A stretch of 64,000 bases of DNA, taken from the NCBI RefSeq assembly GCF_016432865.1, contig NC_067399.1, forward strand, positions 389,732,001 through 389,796,000. Direction: 5' to 3'. This document shows, piece after piece, positions 12,801 to 24,679 of the stretch; positions within the stretch are counted from its first letter, which is position 1; every line of letters begins with the position of its first letter. The notes beneath the pieces are model-generated. The model did not search any database. It was not told the origin of the DNA and saw only the letters and a program-made list of their open reading frames with translations. Position numbers and translations under genes: made by a program. The DNA is from Antechinus flavipes. Lineage: Eukaryota.

Positions 12801-15800
12801 TTAATTGCTAAATCCAGTGGATTTGTTTTTCTCAGTCTTGTCCCCCTTGTCTTGGAACCTTTTTAGACTAGACGGGAACTGTCTTCCCCCAATATAAAAA
12901 ACTTTTTTTCACCCTTTTATTCTTAATATTCTCTGTACTTTGACTCCATATAGCTTCTTACTTTCTATCTCTATTGTTTGCTAGCTGCTCTTTTTGAGCC
13001 TTCAATAACTGGTAGGGTTTTGTTCTTGATTTTTTTCTATTCTTTTTTTTTTTTTAATTCATAAATATTTCTTTCTTTTTTTTTCTCTTTTTTCAGTAAA
13101 TTCCCACCAAGCAATAGGACCATTACTTTTATTTTTGTTTTTGTTTTGTTTTGTTTTTTTGCTGAGGCAATTGACGTTAAGTGACTTGTCTAGAGTCACA
13201 CAACTAGGAAGTGTTAAGTATTTGAGGCTGAATTTGAACTCAGAACCTCCTGACTTAAAGGGCCAGTGCTCCATTCACTATGCTGTTTAAGTGCCTCAGA
13301 CCATTACTTTTTTTTTTTTTTAATAGCTTTTTATTTACAAGATATATGCATGGGTAATTCTTCAGCATTGACAATTGCAAAACCTTTTGTTGCGATTTTT
13401 CCCCTCCCTTCTCCCCCTTCCCCAGATGGCAGGTTGACCAATACATGTTAAATATGTTAAAGTATAAGCTAAATACAATATATGTATACACGTCCATATA
13501 GTTATTTTGCTTTATAAAAAGAATTGGACTTTGAAATAGTGTACACTTAACCAGTGAAGGAAATAAAACATGCAGGCGGACAAAAATAGAGGGATTGGGA
13601 ATTCTATGAAGTGGTTCATACTTCTTTCCCAGAGTTCTTTCACTGGGTGTAGCTGGTTCAATTCATAACTGCTCTATTGGAACTGATTTGGTTAATCTCA
13701 TTGTTGAAGAGGGCCACGTCCATCAGAATTGATCATCATATAGTATTGTTGTTGAAGTATATAATGATCTTCTGGTCCTCATTTCACTCAGCATCAGATC
13801 ATGTAAGTCTCTCCAGGTCTTTCTGAAATCATCCTGTTCAGACCATTACTTTTTAACAAAAAAATCAAGTGAAATAAATTCATACTGATTTTTTTACATC
13901 ATTCATTCCATTATTTCTGAGAGTGAGGAATCATGCTTTTTTGCATATTTTTCCTATAATATTGAAAGAACTGATAATGATACTGGGAATGAAATATCCC
14001 TACCATGTTCCTACCATGTTATTCTTATTCCTATTCTTATTTTACAGGAAAGCTGGATGAAAAGAAACCTCCGGAGGCTGACATGAAGTATGTATATTAG
14101 TTTATTTTTTTGGAGGGAGGGAGGATGTCTCCCCATAATATGGAGTTTAATCATTAATTTTATTGCTTAATAGTATTCTATTGTTTTAATTATATGTAAA
14201 GATAGTTTCCAGCATTGTATATATGAATTCCAATCTCCTCCCCACACCCCCCCGAAGCTCCCTTACCCCAATACCAAGAAAATAAAGATTTTCTTATTAG
14301 TTTTTAATGTAAATAATCATGGAAAGAGAGCTTTGTGGGTGACCAGCTGTTCTGGAAGTCTATGGGAAACCTAGTCCAGGAATCCAAAGACATAGTAGGT
14401 GCCATACTTTTTGAGAGCTACTCACATCTGGGTCTATGCCTTTTCAGCATTTTTGAAGATGTTGGAGATTATGTACCATCAACAACTAAGGTTCCAAGGG
14501 AAAAAGAAAGGGAAAGATACCGTGAACGGGAGCGAGATCGAGATCGGGACCGAGAACGGGAAAGAGAAAGAGAACGGGACCGGGAAAGGGATCGAGAAAG
14601 AGAGCGTGATCGGGAAAGAGAAGAGGAGAAAAAGCGACACAGTTACTTTGAGAAGCCCAAAGTAGATGACGAGGTGAGTCATGAGTTTCAGGATTTTTAT
14701 CACATGGAAGAAGGTAGACTAATTTTAGATCCTGAGTAAATATAGGTTTTCAGTATGGAAATCCCTATAAAAGTTTTTGGAGAGATCTAATATAATTTCC
14801 TTGGCAAATGGAGTATAATCTGAAAATTCTCCACATAGTAAATAGTATCTTGTTTTTGTAGACTTAGGGGGGGTGATGGTGTGAGTAGAGAATGGGAATT
14901 TAGAGAGGAGAGAGAATTAGGGGTATAGGCCCACTCCTTGAATCAGAATAATGATTAGAAGATTGTTTTCTCTTTGATCAATTTGGGAAAATTTTCATGA
15001 TGTGAGGCAGTAATACCTTTGGTAACAGATTTTTCAGAAGCATTGAGCAAGTACCGGATGGTGATAATATGTAAGGAGGAATGGCAGCCCTATTCTTTAG
15101 AAAAACTTTGTAGCAGGAAGTAAGATGTCCCCACAGTATAATCCTAACTGATGGGGAAAAACCATAAAAGTAGTGGATATTCGGGAAAGTGGTTAAGAGA
15201 GGAAGAAAAAGATAGTAGATTTGCTGAATGTGATCGAGAATTAAAAATAGGTGTTTTTGATATTTGATATTGACCATACTCTCTTTTTTCTCTTTTCAGC
15301 CCATTGATATTGATAAAGGTAAGTTATATTCATGTTGTTCTGTAGATGTCATAAAGTGTTCTGAAGAGCTAGAGGCCTGCATCTCAGCTCCTGTCTTTTA
15401 TTTGACCTTAGCTTAAAATTCTCACACATTATACATGTTAAGAATTGGTATTCATGGTGCTGTCTGATTCTGGGCAACAGTGTCCATGATTGCTCAAAGG
15501 AATCAGTGTAGGTTAGTTATATGACATAAAATGAACCCTGGTTTGCACAGTAATAGTAGCAGAATACAGGAATTATTGCTAGAGGAGAATCTCATTCTAC
15601 TCAGTTTTGTAAGAATTGGGTTTGGGTGAGGTTGGGTCCTGGCTCAAGTCTCTCTTGCTTAAGAAGAATCATATAATCTTTTACTCATAGGTCCTGGATC
15701 TGCCAAGGAGTTGATAAAGTCCATCAATGAAAAGTTTGCTGGTTCTGCTGGTTGGGAAGGTGGCGAATCATATCCTTTAATATAAAACAGGATTATGAAT

Positions 15801-18800
15801 TCTTAAAAAACTTTTTAGCTATACTTTGTTTCTGATTTCCCCAAAGCTATGGTTTGACTTGAGAGTTGCCTTCTTCCCCAGAAGACATGTTTATAGCAAT
15901 CATTCTGTCTTTAGGATTATAGTTTTTCTATGGCTTTTATCTTCTTATTTTGTTCTTTTTCCTTTCCTTTGCCTGGACTCTTATCATTTGTTTCAGTATA
16001 TCCCTCATCTTCCTCTGAGAGAGCCATTTCTATTAACAAATGATAAAAAGAAATCAGTTCAACAAATTTCATCAGCATATCTCTCGCCACTTAAACTTAC
16101 GAGTCCCCTACCTTTGCAAAAAAGGAAAAGAGGTGCACTTTTATATCTGCTTTTTGGGGCCAAGCTTATTCATTTTAATTTCTCCAGCGTTTGGTTGTTT
16201 TGTTGTTTTTCCATAGAGATTGTTTAAGTTATTGTGTATATTATTTTCTTTTGTTCAGTTCATATTTTTCCTTTCCTGTGCAATCATAACATTTCAAACA
16301 GTGTAGTAATACTCCATTATATTCATGTACCAAATTTTTAAAAGCTGTTTCCTGGTGGACATATGGTATATAGGCATCTATTTTCTGTGGCACTTATTAT
16401 TATACTTTAACACAGCACACACTAAAGAAACCAGAAGATAAGAAGCAGCTGGGAGATTTCTTTGGCATGTCCAACAGTTATGCAGAGTGTTATCCAGCCA
16501 CGTAAGTCTGGGAAGTAGGAAGTGGGATACTGGGTGGGGTGGTTGGAAGACTGAAACTGCTAATAAGGAGATGATGTCAGGATTGTCAATGTTAATTGAA
16601 TCAACAAAAAAATAGGGAAAGTAAGAAGTTTGAAAGGGCAGAGGAACTAGTCAAGTTCCTAGGCAGTCATGGGTGATTAGAGCATGTGTCTTTTCTTTGC
16701 CTTTTAGGATGGATGACATGGCTGTGGACAGTGATGAGGAGGTGGATTATAGCAAAATGGATCAGGTATATCTATTAAGGATTAATACATTAAGAATGCA
16801 TTATAATATTTAACATGTATAAAACTGCCTGCCATCTAGGGGAGGCAGTGGAGAGAGGGAAGTGAAAATTTGGAACAGATTTGAGTGCAAGGGATAATAT
16901 TGTAAAAAATTACCCATGCATATGTTCTCTCAATAAAAAAGTTATTAAAAAAAAAAAGAATCACCTTACAAGGAAAAAAAAAAGAATGTATTATAATATT
17001 TAGCATGTATTGAACTACCTGCCAGATATCTAGGGTAAGGGGTTGAGGGAAGGAGGGGAAAATTTGGAACAGAAGGTTTTATAAGGATCACTGTTGAAAA
17101 AATTACCATGCATATTTTTTTAATAACTTTTTATTGACAGAACCCATACCAGGGTAATTTTTTACAGCATTATCCCTTGCACTCACTTCTGTTCCGATTT
17201 TTCCACTCCCTCCCCCAGATGGCAAGCAGTCCTTTACATGTTAAATAGGTTACAGTATATCCTAGATACACTATATGTGTGCATAACCAAACAGTTTTCT
17301 TGTTGCACAGGGAGAATTGGATTCAGAAGGTATAAATAACCCGGGAAGAAAAACAAAAATGGAAGCAGTTTATATTCATTTCCCGGTGTTCTTTCTTTGG
17401 GTGTAGCTGCTTTTGTCCATCCTTGATCAATTGAAACTGAATTAGCTCTCTTTATCAAAGAGATCCACATCCATCAGAATACATCCTCAAACAATATCGT
17501 TGTTGGGGTATATAATGATCTCCTGGTTCTGCTCATTTCACTTAGCACATGCATATGTTTTGTAAATAAAAAGCTATAATTAAAAAAAAAAAGAATGGAT
17601 TATATGGAACCTGGTCATCCAGCCAAGATGGTAGAGTAAAAGCAGAAACTTATCAAGCTTTCTCTCATAGTGGTCCAAATTTATTTAAATAATGAATCTA
17701 AAGAACACAGAAAAAGATGGAGTGGAATATTTTTCAGCCGAAGTTAATTTAAAAGGTCAGCAGGCAAGATCTTTCAGCACCAGGGTGGGAATCCAGCTCA
17801 CAGTCCTAGTATTAGCCACACTAATGGAGCTGTAGCTGCAACTGTGCCAGTAAAACAGGAATGGGCTTTGGGCCTCTGAATCAGTGGCGGTACTGGGAGT
17901 TTCTAGACCTTTCATCTCAGAGACACTTAAGATGACTTGGAAGGTCAGCAAGAAAGAAATGTCCTAAGGTGAGAGGGCCTTGAGAAATCAGCAAACTAAA
18001 GAGAGTGCACAGATGGCTGTAGCAGTGAAGGGGATCAGTGTTAGAAAGGAAAGAGAAAATAGAATAAATGGGGGGAGGATTCAGTTAGCAGTAGTAATTG
18101 GGAAAAGGATTTTGAAGCAAATTTCTCTGATGAAGGCCTCATTTCTCAAATGTATAGGTTACTGAGTTAAATTTATTAAAAAAAAAAAAAGCCATTGATA
18201 AATGATCAAAAGATGTGAACTATGCCCAAAGAGCTATAAAATCATGTATATTATTTGACCTAACAATACCACTATTAACCATGGATATCAAAAGAGATTT
18301 TTAAAAAAAGAAGGACTTTTCTATGTACAAAAATATTTATAGCAGCTCTTAAGGTAAAGAATTGTAAATTAAGGGGATGACTATTATTTGGGGAATGGCT
18401 GAATAAATTGTGGTTTGTGATTATATGTGTGATTATGATGGTATAGTATAGTTCTGTGAGAAATGATGAGCAGAATGCTCTCAGAAAAACCTGAAAAGTC
18501 CTTCATGAGTTCAAGGAAAAGTGAAATGTACTAGTGTATAAAGTAATAGCAGTGTTGTGGAATGATCAGGTGTGAATGACTTTGCTGTTCTCAAGAATAC
18601 AATGATCCAAGGCTACTCTGAAGGACTTGTGATGAAAAATACTATCCATACCCAGAAAACTGATTGTGTCTGAAAACATTTTAAGCATACTTTTTTTGAC
18701 TTTATTTTTTTGAGGAGGAGAGAGATATGTTTTCTTTCACAACATGACTTTTTTATTTATTTTAAAAAAATTTTGTTATAATAGCTTTATATTTCAAAAA

Positions 18801-19493
18801 ATATATGCAAAGATAGTTTTTAACATTCCCTCTTGCAAAACTTTGTGTTCCAGATTTTTTTCCCTCCTCCCCTAGACAGTAAGCAATCCAATGTAGATTA
18901 AATATGTGCAATTCCTCTAAATGTATTTCCAATTTGTCATGCTGTGTAAGAAAAATCAAATCAAAAGTGAAGAAAAAAAACCAATAACAACAACAAAAAG
19001 GATGAGAATACCATGCTTTTTATCCACATTTAATTTCCATAGTTCTCTCTCTGAATGGGAATGGCTCTTTTGCTCTTTCCATACCAAGTCTATTAGAATT
19101 GCCTTGAATTACCTTATTGTTGAAAAGACCCATGTCCATCCCAGTTGATCATCACATAATCTTGTTGCTATGTACAATGATCTCTTGATTCTACTCATTT
19201 CACTTAACGTTAATTCATGTGAGACTTTCCAGGTCTTTTTTGAAATCAGCCTGCTCATCATTTCATATGGAATAATAATATTCTGTCATATTAATATAGC
19301 ACAACTTATTCAGTCAATCTCCAACTGATGGACATCCACATACATAACATGACTTATAGAAATGTTTTACATAACTTCACATTTGCTTTCTTATTGGGGG
19401 GTTGGGAGTGGAGGGAGGAAAGAAGAGAATCTGAACTCAAAAATTTAAAAAAACAATGCAAAAAATCATTTTACATGTAACTAGGGAAAATTT

Positions 19494-19550
<57 letters not shown>

Positions 19551-20939
19551 TTATAAAATGTTATATCTTGGCTATAGTCTGTATTGCTATATTTTTCTGT
19601 AGGAAAAAGAGCAAGTTAACTGACTAAAGTGTATGTCTTATTTTCCACTAGCAGCATTCAGTGATACATTGAGAAAATTAACAGTATCCTGAATGGTGGT
19701 AGAATTAGTTGATTTAACTGAATTACTTAGTTTTCTACAGAAAAATGAGTCAAAAACATTTTCATCTTATGATGCTTATGCTGCCATTTAAAAAAAAATT
19801 TTTTTTTTTGAATTTAGGCTCAAGATGGTGGTAGTGGGGAGGTGTGAATACAATTGCTTTAAATCATTTTAGCCAAGTTTCAAGATTTTCTCATATTTTT
19901 AAAGTTATTAATGGAATAGCAAATAAGAGTGCTTTAATCTTTCTTCTTTACTGGAAAAGACAGGAGATGGTTTGGGTATCTAATTATCTGGAGTAATTGA
20001 TTATTTTTCAGCCCTTTTATGTTCAAAGAAGCCTAGAACTAGAAAAAGATCCGAGTTTGTTACATTTTCTAGGCTCTGTCCTGGAATGGTGTTAAATGTG
20101 GCTCATTAGCCCCATACTACAAACTAGAAAGGTTTCTTGTGCTAACCACCATTTTCTTTTTTGTTATAGGGTAACAAGAAGGGACCATTAGGTCGCTGGG
20201 ACTTTGATACTCAGGAAGAGTATAGCGAGTATATGAACAACAAAGAGGCTCTGCCTAAGTGAGTAGTATTAAAACTAAATTGTTTTGGGAGCAGGGAGAG
20301 GGGTATGGAGGACACAGTTTGGTGAGGTAAGTTCTCACTTAGGGCCCTTTCTTTGAATCTTGTTCTTTCCAATCTCACTATAATGATACTCTTAACTTTC
20401 TTATCTACATGTAGAGCTGCTTTCCAGTATGGCATCAAGATGTCAGAAGGTCGGAAAACTAGACGCTTCAAAGAAACAAATGACAAGGCAGAGCTTGATC
20501 GACAATGGAAAAAGATCAGTGCGGTGAATATAAGGAGATGGGAAGCTATAGATGAGAACAAACATTCAGATGCTTCATCCTTGAAGGCTTGGGGTTGATA
20601 AAATTTTGGAAGGAAACTCCAGGATGATTATTCCTTATAGATAGGAGAGGTTTGGGATAATTCATCCTATTTCTCAGAGTTCCAGACCCTTTTCTATGCT
20701 CTCTTACTAGTTAATATAGGCTTGAAATGTATATTATAATTATTTCTGTTCTTTTTGCAGATTATTGAGAAAAGAAAGAAAATGGAGGCTGATGGGTAAG
20801 AAATTATATTTTCTTTGGTTAGGGGATGGAACTAAGTGAGCTTCTTTTTTAATTAAAAAAATTTTTTTTCAAGTGTGCTAATTCTTGATGTTATTTCATT
20901 TTCCCTTGCAGGGTTGAGGTCAAAAGACCAAAATATTAG
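6804..20939 (+). CDS. IK: IK / protein RED, spliceosomal B-complex protein (557 aa, 20 coding exons)
   Basis: Exons 6804-6819, 7037-7103, 7802-7894, 8159-8218, 8852-9019, 9228-9342, 9537-9607, 9709-9755, 11138-11301, 11419-11527, 14048-14087, 14448-14673 (RE/RD repeat), 15300-15318, 15691-15769, 16421-16501, 16708-16765, 20170-20258, 20415-20523, 20761-20795, 20912-20939 (TAG). Sum 1674 nt; MPERDSEPFSNPLAPDG...GVEVKRPKY*. Confidence 0.97.
11831..12495 (-). mobile_element. 5'-truncated young L1 3' end with 16-bp TSD (IK intron 10)
   Basis: Antisense L1 3'-UTR (cccagatggcag...caatacatgttaaatatg...); TSD cagccaataagtattt at 11815-11830 and 12496-12511. Confidence 0.85.
13131..13297 (-). mobile_element. 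WSINE1-type SINE, antisense (IK intron 10)
   Basis: T-rich tail, then gctgaggcaattg..ttaagtgacttg...tttgaactcag...gtgcctc; flanked by gaccattactttt at 13118-13130 and 13299-13311. Confidence 0.8.
13312..13838 (-). mobile_element. 5'-truncated young L1 3' end (IK intron 10)
   Basis: Same family as 11831-12495; TSD cagaccattactttt at 13297-13311 and 13839-13853. Confidence 0.85.
15770..16420 (+). other. U12-type AT-AC intron (IK intron 14)
   Basis: 5' ATATCCTTT at 15770-15778; branch-like ctttaac 16405-16411; terminal AC 16419-16420; splicing restores GE-S-LKKPEDKK. Confidence 0.92.
16790..19460. mobile_element. cluster of L1 fragments in both orientations (IK intron 16)
   Basis: Sense L1 3' ends with A-tails (~16790-16960; ~16982-17592), the second interrupted by an antisense L1 at 17116-17547 (TSD catgcatat 17107-17115 and 17548-17556); older L1-like pieces ~17620-18760 (+) and ~18760-19340 (-). 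Boundaries approximate. Confidence 0.75.
19502..19548. repeat. (TG)~23 microsatellite
   Basis: Direct reading of the sequence. Confidence 0.95.
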
Positions 20940-21067
20940 TCTGCGCTCTGATTCCTGGAAGGATTACTTACCTGGATATTTTTCAAATTTCTTTCTCTCC
21001 CTTTGCACTTTCCTTAGAGAGGCTGAAGTATTTGTGTGTATGTATGTATGAAATTGTTGTTTTGACT

Positions 21068-21073
21068 ATTAAA
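21068..21073 (+). terminator. likely IK polyadenylation signal ATTAAA
   Basis: ~130 nt after the stop codon, followed by a T-rich tract (tttgtttttttctttttt). Confidence 0.55.
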
Positions 21074-21820
21074 ATTCATGTTAACCCTTTGTTTTTTTCT
21101 TTTTTCCTAAAGCGATTGTATGAAGGGAAAGATGTGGGTGATAATGAGGACAATTCTGTTTCTTGAGGATTTTGGAAAAACTAGTCGGGTCGGTTTCACC
21201 ATATTATTCTCATTTCACAATTTCTAGCATATATTTGGAAACAAAAATTTACATGTGGAAAGACATTTTAATTATATGCTTTATAAACTAGCTTTGGTAG
21301 AACATAATAGTTGTTTCCCAATTGTACAAGTTGTGGAAACACAAGGTGGGGCAGAGAGCTAGAAACAGAGCTCTAAAAGCAGAGCCCTCATCCCTGAACT
21401 GTGTGGTTAAAGGACAATTAAGAAGTATTGATGTGATTTAGGAGAGCAATTGCTGGTTCCAAATGGTGTGTTTGGGGTTCAACACCAAAACGTGAGATTG
21501 GTGTAGGCAGCAGTTGGGTTTTGTCGAGTGAAGAATCCATAATTTTTCCTTTGGAAAAGGAGGAAAGGTTACAGGCAAAATGAAGAGACACTATAGATAC
21601 TAGAAGTGATAAAAATGAAATAAAGTTGGGAGAGCATATAATTAGCAAGGAAAGGGGTTTAACAATTAAGAAGTTATAAGAATAGAGATACAGTGGATGG
21701 TGGAGAGAGACACCATAAGACCTGGTGGGACATGAGAGGAGAGACATCACATGCATGGGGGAAGGGTGAGACTACGGCAAGGAGATTCAGCAAAGATGGC
21801 ATGAGCCCTGAGCAAAATTT

Positions 21821-21836
21821 TTTTTCTTCATTTTTA

Positions 21837-21892
<56 letters not shown>

Positions 21893-22299
21893 ACTTTTTA
21901 TTGACAAAACCCATACCAGGGTAATTTTTTTACAATATTATCCCTTGCACTCACTTTTGTTCCGATTTTTCCACTTCCTCCCCCAGATGGCAAGTAGTCC
22001 TTTACATGTTAAATAGGTTACAGTATATCCTAGATACAATATATGTGTGCAGAACTGAACAGTTCTCTTGTTGCACAGGGAGAATTGGATTCAAAAGGTA
22101 TAAATAACCAGGGAAGAAAAACAAAAATGGAAGCAGTTTATATTCATTTCCCAGTGTTCTTTCTTTGGGTGTAGCTGCTTCTGTCCATCCTTGATCAATT
22201 GAAACTGAATTAGCTCTCTTTATTGAAGAGATCCACTTCCATCAGAATACATCCTCATACAGTATCGTTGTTGAGGTATATAATGATCTCCTGGTTCTG
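21821..22299 (-). mobile_element. young L1 3' end whose tail contains a (TA)~23 microsatellite (21842-21887)
   Basis: Highly similar to the L1 at 17116-17547; imperfect TSD cctgagca(aa/g)attt near 21807 and 22300. Confidence 0.8.
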
Positions 22300-22884
22300 C
22301 CTGAGCAGATTTCTAAGGGAAATTCAAACTCAAGGGTTTGACTGAATACCCATGAACTCCACAGAGGATGGGGACTATGAGGCCAAACTGATCTCTAATC
22401 AGTGTCCTGGTCTGGGAAGCAGTTAATTCTATTAATGCTCCAATCTCTCTCTTGCCAACCCAACCCAGTTACTGAGGACCTCCTCAGTGTGGGAGAAAGC
22501 AATAGATCTGCACAGAATATGATGAATTTTCTCAGCTTTTCTTGAAGATAGAGAATATCACGTAGAGTTAACTGTCAAAAGCATAATCTCTTTTGAGACT
22601 ACATTATCTTAATACTTAGATGATAAAACTGAAACTGAAAAGTAACAAAAGGAGTGGGGATGGGATGGAGTCTCCTTTTAGCATTTCCTGATAAGGGAAC
22701 TGAATAAGCTAGTTTCAGAGTTTACGTCGTTCCCCACTTTTGGATTTTCTATGGCACATTTCTGAGCTGGGAATAAGTGTGAAGATCATTCTTCCCTAAC
22801 TGCTTCAAGCTGATATGGAGTTTAGAATTGTCCCTAAAGAAGTTGTGAATGAAAGGCCCTACTTGCTTCATCCATAATAGAGGA

Positions 22885-23180
22885 TTGTTGGTCCTCCTTT
22901 CTTGAAAAGGACCATGACATCAAGAAGGTGATATTATGACATCTGAGTGAATTGGATTTAAATGAAGGAGGTCTATGTAAGATCACTTACCTCACTTTAC
23001 CCTCCAGAATCTTTTGGATCCAGTTGCCAGATAATAGGTCAGGAACACTGGAGATGGCCCTAGATTCAATGTAAGTCTTTGGCCTTTTTGAGCTTAGGTC
23101 TAAGTCTGCCTGAAACTACACCCATTCAGTGATTAAGGCTAGATAGCAATTGAGGCAAAGAATTACCTCTTTCCCTCCAA
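22885..23180 (+). mobile_element. marsupial RTE-related repeat fragment
   Basis: gttggtcctcctttcttgaaaaggaccatgacatc...ggagatggccctag...tttggcctttttgagcttaggtc resembles RTE-derived marsupial repeats; family recalled, not searched. Confidence 0.45.
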
Positions 23181-24539
23181 AAAAAGCAAAAAATATAAAT
23201 AAATAATAAATTTGGAAGGAGAAGACTCAGGTTTTCTGATCAAGACAGAAATGATTGCCATTTACATTCATTCTGAGTTAATCAGGATCCAAACAATAAC
23301 TACTAAGAAATTTGGCCTAGGATCTATTAGCCAATTCAAGATTAGAATGGTTTTCCTCTTAAACTTTTTTCTTTTGGATTGCTGAACCTTCTAAAAATAT
23401 CTTGGAATATGCTGGCTAGATTTTTTTTTTCCACTTTTATTTTGAATTTGACAAATGTCAACAAACACGAATATTTTCACATATAAAGAACAGAAAATTG
23501 TATATGGTACTGTAAATCTATCATGTTCAATTTTAAGAGTGTATGTTCAATTTAATATAGTATTTCCAACACTGCTTCTCTGAGGCCTCTTCTGAATTTC
23601 TGCTCCCTTCTGTGTATGTTTCTTTTTTTATCTTATGGATACTCTTTTTTCCTTTTTTTTTTTTTTTTTTTAAATAAAGCTATCATTATCCTTCTGTTCT
23701 CCTAACAAATCTCTGTACTCCTACCCTCAAAAGTAAAATGCCTCAATTGTAATACATTTGTATAGTCAAGCAAAACTAATTGGTTCTGTCTGAAGATGTA
23801 TATCTCATGCACCTCTACCTTTTGCCAAGAGGTGGGAATCAGCTTTCTTATTTGATCATCCAACTGACTACAATTCTTAATTTTTTTTACCCCTTTTCCT
23901 TTTCATTGTTGTATTTGTTATGTATTTTTCCCCCTGGTTCTGGTCACTTTTATTAGTTTATGTAAGACCTCTTAAACTTTACTGAATTTAAGTTTTTTTT
24001 AAAGTTTTTTTCTTTTTCTTTGTATTAGCTGATGTTTTTTTATTTAATATTTTCCCCAATTACATTCAAAACAACTTTTTTTTTACATTTGTTTTTGAAA
24101 TTTTGGGGTTGTACATGGGCATCCCCTCGATTTCCATTTTTTTTTTTTTTGTCCTGAGAAGAGCTGCTATGAATATATTTTTGGTACACATAGGTCAGTT
24201 TCCATTTTTTTTCTTGAATCTCTTTTGGTACTCATGCCTAATAGTAGTGGTGTTAGGTCAAAGGATATGCATGAATTTATGGCCCTTTGGGCAGAGATCC
24301 TATCTTTTGATCGTTATCAATTTATTTTTTTGTAAATTTGACTCAATCTTCTTTATGTCTGAGAAATGAGATCTTAGGAGAAGTCTAAGGGGCTCTGCTG
24401 CCGAAGCAGACAAGAGGTTTCCACCTGTATAATAGTGGGCCCAAAGCTTCGGGATTGGCCCTGGCAACCCCAACAGCGTAACTTTTTGCCAGAAGACGGG
24501 CGGGTCTTAAGCCGCCTACTTGGCAATAGAGCATGCTCC

Positions 24540-24679
24540 GAGCACTTAAGGTCCTCCACTACCACCAAGACTTAAGGGCGGAAGTGGAAGTAACCTCAGG
24601 CCTTTCAAGCTTTTCCATCTCGGTGGTACCTGGAAGTATTCTTACAATTTCCGGTTCCTTGACGCTAGTGGGTATCAGC
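24540..24679 (+). promoter_or_regulatory. WDR55 CpG-island promoter
   Basis: Tandem ETS cores gcggaagtggaagt 24578-24591 and further ggaagt/ttccgg cores before the ATG. Confidence 0.65.

Noticed and set aside
14500-14625. Purine-rich repeat array
   Set aside because: It is the coding RE/RD dipeptide repeat of IK/RED, not a CRISPR-like or mobile array.
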